From positions 1-64,000 of the IMG/VR virus record IMGVR_UViG_3300005573_001166: DNA of 64,000 nt; one strand, given 5' to 3'. Position numbers and translations under genes: made by a program. This stretch comes from a virus. Below are positions 43,695 to 53,030 of the stretch, piece after piece (position 1 is the stretch's first letter; the number at the start of each line of letters is the position of its first letter). A model generated the notes under the pieces. The model ran no database searches and was not told the origin of the DNA. It saw only the letters and a list, made by a program, of their open reading frames with translations.

Positions 43695-44247
43695 AGAGTT
43701 TGAAACCAGTACTGTAGTTAGTCATATTACAGCACCTATTAGAGAGGGAGGGGGCAGAACTCAACTAGTGTCAGGTGCTCCAGTTAAGATTGTTAAAGCG
43801 CGTCCGGGGTCTAGGGGACAGGATACAGAGGTTACTGTTGTAAACCCGCCCCCAGATGATTGGATACCTACTGATCTTTCTATACCAGAAAGAGGACGAG
43901 AGACTGGATTTGCAGAGTTTTATAGAATGTATAAGTCTGCATATGAGAGCGATACGGATACCTACCCTGTAGAAGGTATGTTAGATGAATCCGAGTATAA
44001 GAGGATCTTAGAGGCAGCTGAAAAACAAACAGATCGCTTTAGAGTCTCAAGAGATCCTGTAACTAAAGTACCAAATAATTGGGCTGCTATAGATAGGCAA
44101 CCTGACTCCGATAAGTTTTTCGGCGATAATAAGGAACCCGAGACTGATGCAGCTTTAAATCGTATACAGTTTATTGAACAACCCAAAGAAAAGGTGGATT
44201 ATAAGACATCTAAAGCAGTCCCTATTAAGTTTTTGGGAGGCAAGTGA
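43687..44247 (+). CDS. hypothetical head-module protein
   Basis: Start probably ATG 43687 after GAGG. Confidence 0.65.
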   Translation: MAKEFETSTVVSHITAPIREGGGRTQLVSGAPVKIVKARPGSRGQDTEVTVVNPPPDDWIPTDLSIPERGRETGFAEFYRMYKSAYESDTDTYPVEGMLDESEYKRILEAAEKQTDRFRVSRDPVTKVPNNWAAIDRQPDSDKFFGDNKEPETDAALNRIQFIEQPKEKVDYKTSKAVPIKFLGGK

Positions 44248-44471
44248 TGAAGCTGCAAAATATGACAGGTAGTTATATAAAGATTACAGCTTTAGGGATA
44301 TCTGTTGCCCCAAAGGAAGTTATAGATTTAGGAGACATAAAGGAGAAGCAAGTTCTATACGAAATAAACAGGGCAATAGATAAGGGTTGGTTTAGTATAC
44401 AAAAAGATGCTTCTAATGTAACTACCCCCAAATTAACAGGCCTTCGTAGAGCTGTTTTCGTTTCCACCTAA
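44244..44471 (+). CDS. hypothetical protein
   Basis: GGAGG SD; coupled to the upstream gene. Confidence 0.6.
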   Translation: MMKLQNMTGSYIKITALGISVAPKEVIDLGDIKEKQVLYEINRAIDKGWFSIQKDASNVTTPKLTGLRRAVFVST

Positions 44472-44507
44472 AACCCACTTTTCTAGATAAAAAGGAGAAT
44501 TTTAATT

Positions 44508-45236
44508 ATGTTTATAGAAGATGACTTTCAAACTGCACCTGATTCTGACCTCCCTTCTATAGGTCGGGTATATGGTGCTGTAGATTTTAACGGTATTAAA
44601 GATGCCATACCAGATTGGATGTTATTGGAGGAAGTACCTGAAGATTGGACTCCGGGGGCTATAAAGCAAGAGGACGAGGATGATGTACCTGAGTTTATTA
44701 AAAATTTACCTGAAGACGCTTTTACTGACAAAGCTACTGTTAGGGTAATCCAACTTAATCCAGATAAGAATCCTACCAAAGTAGTAGATAGGGAGTATCT
44801 TTTGTCAGACAAATCTGATCTTATAAAAGATTCTGCAGAGCTTCTAAAGCACGTACTGCATTCTTTAATGCCTACCATTTTTGCTGCACAGCCTAATTTA
44901 ACTCGTATAGAGGTAGGAGATGTAGATGAAGATGGGCATGTAAATTCTGGAAGGGTAATATGGACAGTAGAGCTGTCAGCTTCAAATCAACCAGGTATCT
45001 ATAGAACACAGCAGTCCACCCCTTTAAGGAAGTCTAGGGTAGAAATTCCTATAGTTGTAAAGGATGGTTTGTTAGTAAGACCTATGGTAATGGTTACGGC
45101 TTCCAATAAGCTGTTCCCGCTTACTGTAGAAGGATGTCAATTGTTGTTAGGTTGGAAAAGTAAACCTGTTGTTAAAAAAGGACCGCCAAGGGTAGAATTA
45201 TCATGGCAGCCAGAAAGAGATTATAGAGCATTTTAA
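44508..45236 (+). CDS. hypothetical head-module protein
   Basis: AGGAG SD. Confidence 0.7.
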   Translation: MFIEDDFQTAPDSDLPSIGRVYGAVDFNGIKDAIPDWMLLEEVPEDWTPGAIKQEDEDDVPEFIKNLPEDAFTDKATVRVIQLNPDKNPTKVVDREYLLSDKSDLIKDSAELLKHVLHSLMPTIFAAQPNLTRIEVGDVDEDGHVNSGRVIWTVELSASNQPGIYRTQQSTPLRKSRVEIPIVVKDGLLVRPMVMVTASNKLFPLTVEGCQLLLGWKSKPVVKKGPPRVELSWQPERDYRAF

Positions 45237-45258
45237 TTTTTAGGGAGGTCAGAATAAG

Positions 45259-48200
45259 ATGGCAGAGTCTTTGATTAAGGGAAATGTTCCTGATTGGTTT
45301 CAAGTAGAAGGTGACCTAGATGAGTCTACTACTCCTATTATTGTAAGGGAAGAGGAGAACGGTACTTGGTCTGTTGTCAGGGCACATCTAGGTAAGGATT
45401 TGGAAGTAGATGCTGGGTATCCTACAAAGGAGGCTGCATACCATGCTGCTTTGTTAGGAGATGAAGGAAGCGGTATTGTAATAGAGTCCCGCCGTCGGTC
45501 TTTAGTTAAACATGCAGATATAAGACCGGGTATGGTTGTAGAGTATGCAGAGGAGCCTGTTACTGTTATAGCTGTAGATGGCGATACTGTAGAGGTAATT
45601 ACTCAAGAGGGCAAGCGCTTCTTTGTAGATCGCAGCCAAATAGATGCTAAAGAATTACCTGCTTCCGAGACTACAGAAACATCTTGTGGGCTAGAGGAAG
45701 TCAAGGAAACATCTTGTGGTCCAAAAGAGTCAGAAGAGGAGAAAAGCGAAGAGGAAATGAAGGAAGGTCCTCCAGTTACTATTGTTACGATGCCCTCTTA
45801 TCCGGGAGAGCGTTTATATCCTACAGGCATTAAAGTGATACTTACTGCTCTTCGCATTCCTTATAAAGAGGCTGCAGGAACCATTTGGGTTAAAGTAGCA
45901 GATAAGTTGGAGTATAATCCACAGAATAGTACTTACAGAGTTTTCGACTCTGAGGGTAATCCTGTTTCCAATGTTATGAATAGAGACGAGGCGGAAAAAT
46001 GGTTGTTGGAGAATTACCCTATAGGCAGAGAAACTGTAAGCTCCTTACTCCATAAAGCAGCTTACCCTCCAGGAACGACTGTAGAACTACCTGCAAAACA
46101 GGAAACAAGTATAAGCCCTTCTACCAAGGTTATGCCTGCTGAAAATGTAGAGTTGTATCCTGAACAGGTTGCTTCTGTATCGCCTGCAGTATCGGCAATA
46201 CTTAAACAGAGGAAAGCATCTATTAACATAGTAAGGTTGGCAGAGGTATTAAAACAGTCTCAAGATGAACTAGTGCAAGATCAAGCTTTAGATGAGATGG
46301 CTGCTAAGTCACCTCCAGTTTGCAAAAAGTGTGGAAAACCCCACTGGCCTTTCCAAAAGTGCCCCACTGAGGAACCAACTACCGAAAAATCCGCTGCAGT
46401 GTATATAGGCAAGGGCAGTTTTGTTTATGTTCCTGCATACGACGAAGAGGCAGAGGTTGTAGGCAAAGAAGGGAACATGCTCCATATAAAAAGGCCTGGA
46501 GGAACTTACGATTACGTTCGTATGCAAGATGTAAAGTCAATAGACAGCCAGGAGCCTGTTAAATGGGCTGGCGGAGTACTTTCTGCCTCTCAAGTAGCAG
46601 CTTACTCTACCGCAGTAGCTGAAAAAATGCAGGAGTTGGGTATAAAGACTATAACTGCTGAAGAGCTTTCCGATATATTAGAAGCTGAAGAGCTTGAAGA
46701 GGAAGAGGCTGAAGACACAAACGAAACAGATGAAGAGACTGAAGACACAAACGAAACAGATGAAGAGGAACTCAAGCAAATAATAGAGGATATGGTTGAG
46801 GATATACAAGCAGAACTTGCTGAAAAAGAGGCTGTTAAGATAGGACAAACCGAGGAAGCACCTATAGACGAGGTAGGGCAATTTGGTACTAATGAAGAGG
46901 AACTTCAATCCTATGTAGATGAGGTAGGACGTAAAGTTGTATTTAAAGGAGATCATTGGGAATATGAGGATACAGGAGAAGAGGCTCCTGCTCCTCCAAG
47001 TAGCCCTCAATCTCCTCTATTCGGAACAGCAGGTAAGGTAACTATGAAATTCGACTGGGCAGAATTTTTCAACGACGTTTTGCCTCAGTTGTCTAACAAA
47101 GAGTTCCAAACCGTTTACGAGCATACCCTAAACAGCCCTCCTGAAGTAACTGCAAGCCAGGAGGAGCATGATTTGTATAAAGAGGAGATTCTTAAATTTA
47201 CTAAAGAGGCCAGCAGAAGAGGACTTCCCGATCCTACTGAGCTAGCTTTTGGTATACAGGACATAGTTCGCTCTAAAGTTTCGCCCATTGTAGAGGGAGT
47301 AGTAACAGAGTATAAAAAGGAAGGACGTAAGGTTAAATACTTAGTAGCTAGTGGACGAAACGAGCTTTGGTTTGAAGAGAAAGAGCTTTCTCCTGTATTA
47401 GCAGCACAAGGACCTCCCCCTCCTGGAGCTAGAGGAGTAGATGTTTGTGTGTGTCCCGTTTGTGGAAAGGAATATCCGCATCAAAGAGGAGTTCCTTGTA
47501 GCTTACAAGTTTGTACAGAACACCCAAATACTAGGCTAATGGGTAAACCATCTCAACCCCCTGAACCTCCTAAAAGTCCACAGCCTCCTAAAGGACCTCA
47601 ACCTCCTAGAGGCCTCCGGCCTGGAGGTCCAGGACCGGTTCCTAAAGCTGCATCAGCTGACGTAATATACGAACGTACTTCTGAGGTAGCAGGTCCAGAG
47701 AATAAGGAACAACAAAAGGAATTTAACAAAGAGTTGGAACAGAAGACGGGTTCGAGTACGGAAGACGAAAGCGAGCAGCAGGGGAGGAAGCAGCCTTCTG
47801 CTTCCTCCCTGCAAGTAGAAGCAGACATAATCAAGGAATGTACTATTCGTAAATGTAAGCCGGGAGATAAAAAAAGCTCTAAAGACGTTTGGTGTTTATA
47901 TACAAAACATAAGCCGGAAAGGTTGCTAGGGAGGCATTCCACTTATGAGGAAGCATTAGCGCAAGAAAGGGCGATAAAGGCGCAGGGTATGAAGATTGCA
48001 GAGACTGTGAATACAGAGGAAGTTATATCACCTGCTTCTCCTAAAACTCCCATATCTCCTACAGTACCTAAAGTTCCAAGGACTCCTATACCAGTTCCTG
48101 TTCCTAGAGAGGCTCCGAAAAAGTTTGTATGTCCTATAGATGGAAGGGAGTATACCGAAGCACAGGTAGGGGAAGATAGAGAATGCCCTGATCATCCAGA

Positions 48201-49482
48201 TGTAAAAGTTATAGAGAGAAAAGTAGTTGCTCCTAAACCTACTAAATCTCCCAAACAAACTGCAGCATCTTGGGAGGCAGTCTGTTTTGTAGATAAGGCG
48301 TTTAAGGACATACAAGAGGGTTGCCAACTCTCTGAAGTGTTGGCTAGTCTGCATAAATCCTCCTATACTGAAGAGGATATAGCCTTTATAAAGAGTGCTT
48401 TGTTGGAGAGGACAGCTAATGATTATTTAGAGGGAACTGTTCCTGAAGATATAAGGGAGCAAGTAACTGCTGTATATTTGAGGGAGAGCCCTGCAGATGC
48501 TTTAGTATATCTTAAACAGATGATCCCTGAATATCAAGGGGATTACAAGGAGTTATTGCAACAGATTGTAAATGAAGTTGGGTATAAACCTGAACTGATA
48601 ACTGAACAAGTCCCTTCTGAGGCAACTGCAGAGACTTATAAAGAGTCGGAATTTCTTAAAACATCTGATCATACAAAAGAAATAGCTTTATGTTTTAAGG
48701 GTGATAGATACCACATATATGATTTAGATTTCGGTGACATTACTCCGGAGGGTGCAAAAGAAAAAGATATAAGGGAAAAGTTAAAGTCGTTGGGTGTTTC
48801 AGAAGATAAAATAGACGAAGCTTTGAAGCAGGTTAGGGAGTTGCAGGTAACTCTACGAGTAAAAGTGGCAGAAACAGAACCCGGAGTGTATATAAGAGAT
48901 ATAGATATTGCAGTTTCGACGGCTTTAACGGAACTTGGGCCTCAAGCACCTAGGGCGTCTTTGATGATGAGGGCAATGGAAAAGTTTGCAGAACTTAACT
49001 CGGAGGAGTTAGCAAGGGCATATCAATCCGAGATAAAGGAGCGACTTAATAAAGAGTTAGAGTTGTATGAGGGAGCTAGAGCAGAAATTCCTGGTACTCA
49101 TAAGGAAATAGGTACCCAGCAGGGTATGAATCCTATAGCTGCAAAACAAGCAAAAACACCGGATCCGAAAAAGAAGAAGGAATTAGTGGACAAGTTTAAA
49201 GAACAAGGAGTGCCTTTAGAACAGGAAGTCAAAAAGAAGCCTAAACCGTGGGAAGTATCTGAAGACAGGCAACTTACTACAGTTGGTTTTAAGTTATACG
49301 ATAGGGTACGTGATCAGGCTAATCCCAACTTGACGGGAACTGTTATAGGTTTTGAGGGTGATAACGTAGTTGTGGCTATGGACAAGTCTATTTACTGCGA
49401 GGCAGGAGCCGAGGGTTTATATCTACCAGACGCCCTTTTGAAGATAGAAGAGACTGATGCTGAGGATCTTAACTTGTGGTAG
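45259..49482 (+). CDS. giant (1407 aa) multidomain, probably virion-associated protein with small SH3/KOW-like and Zn-finger modules
   Basis: Lies between TerL and portal. Modules are separated by Pro/Glu linkers and K/R-x-A motifs. Zn-like motifs CKKC..H...C, CVCPVC..H..C..C and CPID..CPDH. Confidence 0.7.
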   Translation: MAESLIKGNVPDWFQVEGDLDESTTPIIVREEENGTWSVVRAHLGKDLEVDAGYPTKEAAYHAALLGDEGSGIVIESRRRSLVKHADIRPGMVVEYAEEPVTVIAVDGDTVEVITQEGKRFFVDRSQIDAKELPASETTETSCGLEEVKETSCGPKESEEEKSEEEMKEGPPVTIVTMPSYPGERLYPTGIKVILTALRIPYKEAAGTIWVKVADKLEYNPQNSTYRVFDSEGNPVSNVMNRDEAEKWLLENYPIGRETVSSLLHKAAYPPGTTVELPAKQETSISPSTKVMPAENVELYPEQVASVSPAVSAILKQRKASINIVRLAEVLKQSQDELVQDQALDEMAAKSPPVCKKCGKPHWPFQKCPTEEPTTEKSAAVYIGKGSFVYVPAYDEEAEVVGKEGNMLHIKRPGGTYDYVRMQDVKSIDSQEPVKWAGGVLSASQVAAYSTAVAEKMQELGIKTITAEELSDILEAEELEEEEAEDTNETDEETEDTNETDEEELKQIIEDMVEDIQAELAEKEAVKIGQTEEAPIDEVGQFGTNEEELQSYVDEVGRKVVFKGDHWEYEDTGEEAPAPPSSPQSPLFGTAGKVTMKFDWAEFFNDVLPQLSNKEFQTVYEHTLNSPPEVTASQEEHDLYKEEILKFTKEASRRGLPDPTELAFGIQDIVRSKVSPIVEGVVTEYKKEGRKVKYLVASGRNELWFEEKELSPVLAAQGPPPPGARGVDVCVCPVCGKEYPHQRGVPCSLQVCTEHPNTRLMGKPSQPPEPPKSPQPPKGPQPPRGLRPGGPGPVPKAASADVIYERTSEVAGPENKEQQKEFNKELEQKTGSSTEDESEQQGRKQPSASSLQVEADIIKECTIRKCKPGDKKSSKDVWCLYTKHKPERLLGRHSTYEEALAQERAIKAQGMKIAETVNTEEVISPASPKTPISPTVPKVPRTPIPVPVPREAPKKFVCPIDGREYTEAQVGEDRECPDHPDVKVIERKVVAPKPTKSPKQTAASWEAVCFVDKAFKDIQEGCQLSEVLASLHKSSYTEEDIAFIKSALLERTANDYLEGTVPEDIREQVTAVYLRESPADALVYLKQMIPEYQGDYKELLQQIVNEVGYKPELITEQVPSEATAETYKESEFLKTSDHTKEIALCFKGDRYHIYDLDFGDITPEGAKEKDIREKLKSLGVSEDKIDEALKQVRELQVTLRVKVAETEPGVYIRDIDIAVSTALTELGPQAPRASLMMRAMEKFAELNSEELARAYQSEIKERLNKELELYEGARAEIPGTHKEIGTQQGMNPIAAKQAKTPDPKKKKELVDKFKEQGVPLEQEVKKKPKPWEVSEDRQLTTVGFKLYDRVRDQANPNLTGTVIGFEGDNVVVAMDKSIYCEAGAEGLYLPDALLKIEETDAEDLNLW
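46711..46767 (+). repeat. 30-bp in-frame tandem duplication (EDTNETDEE)
   Basis: GAAGACACAAACGAAACAGATGAAGAG occurs twice. Confidence 0.9.
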
Positions 49483-49494
49483 GAGGGACATACC

Positions 49495-49803
49495 ATGTAC
49501 AAATATGCAGAGAAGGAGTTCGGTTTTACAGACGTAGCTCCCGATACAGGAGTTCCTCTTAATTTATTTGAGGAGCATACTTTTCCTAAATACAGTACAG
49601 ATGAAACCAGAGAGCAGTCGCTTTTAGAGCTAATTCCCCATTTAGTAGATGTTGTAAAGTCTGCAGTAGATGATTACGGTGTATTACCTCAGGATGCTTT
49701 CGATTCTATAATAAACGAGTACGAGTTAGACCAGTTTCCTGAAGTTATACACTACTTTTGGAGGCAACTGCCTAAGGAGCTTCAGATTGATATCTCTTAC
49801 TAA
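49495..49803 (+). CDS. hypothetical protein
   Basis: GGAGG SD; begins MYKYA. Confidence 0.7.
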   Translation: MYKYAEKEFGFTDVAPDTGVPLNLFEEHTFPKYSTDETREQSLLELIPHLVDVVKSAVDDYGVLPQDAFDSIINEYELDQFPEVIHYFWRQLPKELQIDISY

Positions 49804-50599
49804 ACTACCTGATTTGTCCAATCCACCTTTGTGTGCTTGCGGTTGTGGAAAGAAGGTAAAGTGGGACTATCATAGAAGAAGATGGTCCAGATTTGTACTA
49901 GGGCACGGATCGAAAAGAGTGCCTTTTAACTTCTTACATGGGAAACCTCCAAAATGTGCTTGTGGCTGCGGCAAACCTGTAAAATGGGATGATAGCAGAG
50001 CTCAATGGTCTAAATATTTAAAAGGACACAGACCTAAAATCCCTTCCAGAAGAAGGGTATACCCCAAACCGAAAAACGCCCCTCCAAAATGCGTCTGTGG
50101 TTGTGGTAGAAGAGTACCTTGGAACTATTATACAGGTCGGTGGCGCAGATTTGCAACAACGAATTGCTTTATTAAGGTACTTGTACAAAGCAGGTTTAAT
50201 CTCTCTATTCTCTTAGGTAGACTTTCTGGAGAGCCCCCAAAATGTGCTTGCGGTTGCGGTAGGAGGGTAAGGTGGAACTTTCTTGAGAACAGGTGGAATA
50301 CATATGCTCGGAATCATGGGCCCATACCTGTAGATGCAGGAGAGGCTCCTTTATGTGCTTGCGGTTGTGGACAGCCTGCAAGATGGAACCATGGGGAGAA
50401 AAGATGGAATAAATACTTGCAAGGGCATTTTTCTGTAGAGAGGGCTTTAAAGCTTTTGACAAAAGCAAAAACTGCAAGGTCTTTTAATCTCTTTTTCCAT
50501 TTATTTAGAACTGTTGCAAACAAAGCGGGTATTCCTATTACACATCAAAATGAGTTGTTAAGAAGTATAGGTGTTATCCCTATAGATATGTTAAGATAA
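49787..50599 (+). CDS. basic protein with five CxCGCG...W...W...H/C zinc-finger-like repeats
   Basis: P(L/K)C(A/V)CGCG occurs five times. Confidence 0.75.
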   Translation: MISLTKLPDLSNPPLCACGCGKKVKWDYHRRRWSRFVLGHGSKRVPFNFLHGKPPKCACGCGKPVKWDDSRAQWSKYLKGHRPKIPSRRRVYPKPKNAPPKCVCGCGRRVPWNYYTGRWRRFATTNCFIKVLVQSRFNLSILLGRLSGEPPKCACGCGRRVRWNFLENRWNTYARNHGPIPVDAGEAPLCACGCGQPARWNHGEKRWNKYLQGHFSVERALKLLTKAKTARSFNLFFHLFRTVANKAGIPITHQNELLRSIGVIPIDMLR

Positions 50600-50618
50600 A
50601 AAAGGCGGTGAGTATCTT

Positions 50619-52619
50619 TTGAGTGATACAATTATAGTTAGGAACTTAGAGGAAGAGTTCAGAAAGAGTAGGCGGTTTCATCAAATAAAAACTGCTGCCT
50701 CTCAAGAAGGGTCTGGGGGGGTAAACTATTCTTATCTTGCTCCAGGTTTGTTTAGGGAGCCCCCTACAGTAGACGCTCCTTATTCTAGACGGGTAGGTGT
50801 AGTATCTGGTATAGGTAGTAGATCTGTAGAGTCAGACAATCTTACAAATGTAGAAAAACGGGCTATTATGAAGAGTGCTAGTCATATACTGTATACAGAT
50901 CCTGAAATGTATGGGCCCCTCTTTGATCCTATTAACTGGTATCTGCCTTATACATATAAAGTATTGAATAGATGGATTAGGTATTGGGATAGGTTTGATC
51001 CTTGGATAGGCAATGCCATTGATATGCACAGTGAAATCCCCTTATCGCGGTTTACGTTAACCGGGGTAGAGGATGAGGCTATTCAGAGGGAATATGAGGA
51101 TATAGTAGATCAATTAGAGTTATATCAAAGATTATTAGAGATTACAAGAGAGTATTGGCTTTTAGGGGAGGCATTTCCTTTTGCTCATTGGAATGAGGGA
51201 TGGTTAGCTTATGATCAGTTGTCTTTACTTAATCCTGATTATGTACATGTACGCTCTTCCCCGTTAGTGCATGGGAATATGATACAGTTTGAATTAGAAC
51301 CTGACGACGCCACCCTTTCACTTGTTAAGAGTAGCGATCCTGCCGACTTAGAGGTAAGGGAGCTATTAGATCCTGTTGTAATACAAGCAGTAGAAACAGG
51401 AACAAATATACCTCTATCTAGTTTCAACGTTTCCCATATAGCTCGTAAAGCGTCTCCTTATGATTTGAGAGGTACAAGTATTGTATTAAGATGTTTGAAA
51501 GATATGCTTTATATGGATAAGGTAAGAGAGGCGCAGATGGCAATCGCAGATAGACTTATCGTTCCTTTGCAGATATTTAAGTTGGGAGACCCGAAGGGAG
51601 AGTGGTTGCCGTCTCAAGCTCAGCTGGATGAGTTTGCAGAACTGTTAGCATCAGGAAGAGATGACCCTAATTTTGCTATTGTAAGTCATTATGGGTTACA
51701 GGTAGAATATGTAGGTGCTACAGGCAAAATTATACCTACAACACCCGAATTTGATTTTGTCCGCGATAGAATTTTAGCTGCTCTGTTTACCAACAGAGCT
51801 ATGATGGACGGTTCCGGACCTACATATGCAAATGCATCTGTTGCTTTTGAAGTACTGCAGCTGAGGTATATGTCGCTTAGAGGCCTATTAGAGATGTGGG
51901 TCAAACAGAAAATATTTAAACCTATTGCACAAGCGAGAGGTTACTACACCAAATCCTCTAAATCCCGTACTAAGCAGCTAGTAGTTCCGGACATTAAGTG
52001 GCTGGAGAAGATAAGATTGTTAGATGATGTGCAAATGAAGAGATTCCTACTACAGCTTCGTATGAGAATGGAAGTGCCTTTAAGTACCATATGTGACATT
52101 TTTGACCTTGACTATGAAACTCTTAAAAAAGACTTAGCTAACGAGCTTGGAACTGTAGCAGACCCTGTTTGGAGGCAAGCTATGAGCAAGGAAATAGCAT
52201 TAAGTGCTTCCGCTCCAACTCCTCAACCCTCCTTCGCTATGCCCGGTATTGCTCCAGGTATGGGTATGCCTTTTGGGGAGATGTTTCCCGGTGCTACAGG
52301 GCCTAGTGCCAGAGAGGTTGCCCCTGAGGGAGGTGTTTCTCCTGGAGGTCCAGAGCTTCCAGGTTTACAGCCCGAGATGATAGGGCCTGGTGCAGGAGTG
52401 GAGGCTAGTAAAAAACCTTCTAATTCGGAGGAATTAGCTAATCTTATAGCATATAGGGAGGCTTTAGAGAGAAAACATGTAGAAGCTGTAAAGAAGATAG
52501 AAGAAGAGGTCAAGTCAAATGGGAAAATGTACCGTAGGGTGTTTGGTGTAGCTAGAAACGATAATAAACACGGAGTCAAAAGAATGGGGGATTCTTTTTA
52601 TGTAGTAGATAGAGGTTAA
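50619..52619 (+). CDS. portal protein
   Basis: DPWIGNAIDMH, EYWLLGEAF, LNPDYV, HIAR...RGTSI..R and G-P-T-Y-A-N-A patterns of large-phage portals; downstream of TerL. Confidence 0.8.
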   Translation: MSDTIIVRNLEEEFRKSRRFHQIKTAASQEGSGGVNYSYLAPGLFREPPTVDAPYSRRVGVVSGIGSRSVESDNLTNVEKRAIMKSASHILYTDPEMYGPLFDPINWYLPYTYKVLNRWIRYWDRFDPWIGNAIDMHSEIPLSRFTLTGVEDEAIQREYEDIVDQLELYQRLLEITREYWLLGEAFPFAHWNEGWLAYDQLSLLNPDYVHVRSSPLVHGNMIQFELEPDDATLSLVKSSDPADLEVRELLDPVVIQAVETGTNIPLSSFNVSHIARKASPYDLRGTSIVLRCLKDMLYMDKVREAQMAIADRLIVPLQIFKLGDPKGEWLPSQAQLDEFAELLASGRDDPNFAIVSHYGLQVEYVGATGKIIPTTPEFDFVRDRILAALFTNRAMMDGSGPTYANASVAFEVLQLRYMSLRGLLEMWVKQKIFKPIAQARGYYTKSSKSRTKQLVVPDIKWLEKIRLLDDVQMKRFLLQLRMRMEVPLSTICDIFDLDYETLKKDLANELGTVADPVWRQAMSKEIALSASAPTPQPSFAMPGIAPGMGMPFGEMFPGATGPSAREVAPEGGVSPGGPELPGLQPEMIGPGAGVEASKKPSNSEELANLIAYREALERKHVEAVKKIEEEVKSNGKMYRRVFGVARNDNKHGVKRMGDSFYVVDRG

Positions 52620-52696
52620 AGCAGTACCTTCTACTTTTTGCCCAATCTTAAAAATACTTCAAATGTACTTTTTTAAGCAGCTGGATCAGCACACCT

Positions 52697-52903
52697 TTGT
52701 GGTTTTTAAAAATGAAGAGAGCAGAATTTTTCGAGCGCTTAAAGTCTTGGAAGAGAGCTGATGTTATACATCTTGTAATAGCTTTATTGTTTAACCCTAA
52801 CGTGGATAAAGGTAAAATAATTTCTTTTATAGAGAGTACGTTTCAGGATTACGAAATCAATAAAGCATTAAAGGATATAGGGAGAGAGGAAAGACTTGTA
52901 TAA
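52697..52903 (+). CDS. hypothetical protein
   Basis: ORF; start uncertain. Confidence 0.45.
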   Translation: MWFLKMKRAEFFERLKSWKRADVIHLVIALLFNPNVDKGKIISFIESTFQDYEINKALKDIGREERLV

Positions 52904-52916
52904 GGAGGTAGGAAGG

Positions 52917-53027
52917 ATGAAAAAGAAAAAGATAAAAAAGGTAGTAGTTGGAAAAATCAAATCTTCTTTCGAGGTAAAACCCAAGCCTAAAGAAGAGGCT
53001 AATCCTAAACCGGATAAGGAGGAATGA
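52917..53027 (+). CDS. 36-aa lysine-rich peptide (MKKKKIKKVVVGKIKSSFEVKPKPKEEANPKPDKEE)
   Basis: Translated by hand; AAGGAGG SD. Confidence 0.55.
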   Translation: MKKKKIKKVVVGKIKSSFEVKPKPKEEANPKPDKEE

Positions 53028-53030
53028 CAA

